This document shows, piece by piece, positions 59,134 to 59,734 of a DNA stretch of 59,734 nucleotides; the stretch's first letter is position 1, and every line of letters begins with the position of its first letter. The stretch lies in contig CAVFVX010000001.1 of assembly GCA_963626075.1 (NCBI GenBank), positions 1-59,734 of the forward strand, in the 5' to 3' direction. Position numbers and translations under genes: made by a program. The notes below the pieces were generated by a model. The model saw only the letters and a program-made list of their open reading frames with translations, did not search any database and was not told the DNA's origin. The DNA comes from Acutalibacteraceae bacterium. Lineage in GTDB: Bacteria > Spirochaetota > Spirochaetia > Sphaerochaetales > Sphaerochaetaceae.

Positions 59134-59216
59134 AGAATGGATTTCTGTCAAATGTTGCAGTTTTCGATTCTAATTTTAATTTTCAGAATAGATTTTTGCA
59201 ACATGTTGCAGTTTTC
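59134..59216. repeat. Tandem imperfect direct repeat (two 32-nt cores, 51-nt period) upstream of the DUF4143 ATPase
   Basis: AGAATGGATTTCTGTCAAATGTTGCAGTTTTC (59134-59165) versus AGAATAGATTTTTGCAACATGTTGCAGTTTTC (59185-59216), 27/32 identical. The second copy contains the perfect palindrome TGCAACATGTTGCA (59197-59210). Confidence 0.75.
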
Positions 59217-59326
59217 CTCTTTAGAATTTTGTTTTAAAAATGATTTTAGCAGCAGGTCCTTCTTGTCAAAGAGGATTATGACTACGGAGGCTGATGCCTC
59301 TATCCTGCAGTGTGGAGGCAGAGAAA

Positions 59327-59347
59327 AGAGGAGCGCGCGGCTCCTCT
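59327..59347 (-). terminator. Rho-independent terminator of the terminal membrane-protein gene
   Basis: AGAGGAGC-gcgcg-GCTCCTCT. On the minus strand it starts 2 nt after the stop and is followed by TTTTCT. Confidence 0.65.
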
Positions 59348-59348
59348 C

Positions 59349-59717
59349 TCATGCTGCTGTGCTCTTCATGCTGCTCTTCGGAGTCATGTAGATGACGAAG
59401 GCTGCAGCCAGGGCGAGAAGGCCCAGGAGGAGAACGATGAGGGAAGACATCGGGTTCTCTCCGTTTGTAATCACCTCGTTGTTTATGATGATGAACGAAA
59501 GCGAGTAGGAATAGATTCCCGATTTCTCCGAGAGCCTGTCCTGAAGCTTGAATAGGATGGCTACGGCGGCTATGCACAGTACGACACTGAGGGGAGGCTT
59601 CGAGAGCGTCGTAATAGACGCACACAGCGCTCCGATCGAGAAGAAGAACACCGAGCCCGCAAGGAATGCGAAGATACGCGAGAAGAAGAACGAGACCGGG
59701 TACGACAGTGCCGTCAC
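59349..59717 (-). CDS. Hypothetical polytopic membrane protein
   Basis: 122-aa ORF with 3-4 hydrophobic segments and its own terminator. No recognisable family. It lies near the window edge. Confidence 0.45.
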   Translation of the reverse strand: MTALSYPVSFFFSRIFAFLAGSVFFFSIGALCASITTLSKPPLSVVLCIAAVAILFKLQDRLSEKSGIYSYSLSFIIINNEVITNGENPMSSLIVLLLGLLALAAAFVIYMTPKSSMKSTAA

Positions 59718-59734
59718 TGCAGGGATTGAGGAAA

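Noticed and set aside
59134-59236. A mini CRISPR array.
   Set aside because: There are only two imperfect copies (27/32). The sequence is AT-rich and lies directly in a promoter region, and there are no cas genes or a regular spacer architecture in the window.

Overview
The window is a mostly plus-strand housekeeping region from a moderately GC-rich bacterium. EF-Tu, DnaK and the operon layout suggest a Treponema-like spirochaete, but I cannot verify that without a search.

Gene content in order:
- rpoB (5'-truncated by the window edge), rpoC, rpsL, rpsG.
- A ~4.2 kb accessory block: a TSCPD protein, a MerR regulator, a lipoprotein-type flavodoxin, an aldo/keto reductase and a decayed AAA-ATPase/PD-(D/E)XK gene.
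- tuf and an uninterrupted S10-spc-alpha cluster (rpsJ to rplQ, including secY, rpmJ and rpoA).
- rny-ymdB, a GerMN-like gene, an orphan AAA+/nuclease-fold ATPase, der, a HAD hydrolase and a 693-aa membrane-anchored coiled-coil protein.
- grpE-dnaK-dnaJ, rlmB and purD.
- A five-gene Opp/Dpp-type ABC importer with an oversized binding protein, an OppC-like permease carrying a ~370-aa insertion, and a coupled small membrane protein.
- A DUF3795-like Cys-rich protein, dus, a PSP1/RicT-like protein, rpsT, an HU/IHF protein, lnt, cinA, a PHP phosphoesterase, an AAA_14/DUF4143-type ATPase and a terminal membrane ORF.

I saw no rRNA, tRNA, CRISPR array, transposase, integrase or reverse transcriptase, and no convincing multi-gene novel system.

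The most unusual material is:
- Three unrelated solitary P-loop ATPase + nuclease-fold genes, one of them decayed, sitting at seams between conserved operons.
- A textbook MerR-type promoter driving an apparently exported flavodoxin and an aldo/keto reductase.
- A tandem 51-bp-period repeat with a perfect 14-bp palindrome upstream of the DUF4143-type ATPase.
- The coiled-coil protein coupled to der.
- The atypical ABC importer components.

All functional calls rest on motif recognition by eye and on gene order. No database search was possible.
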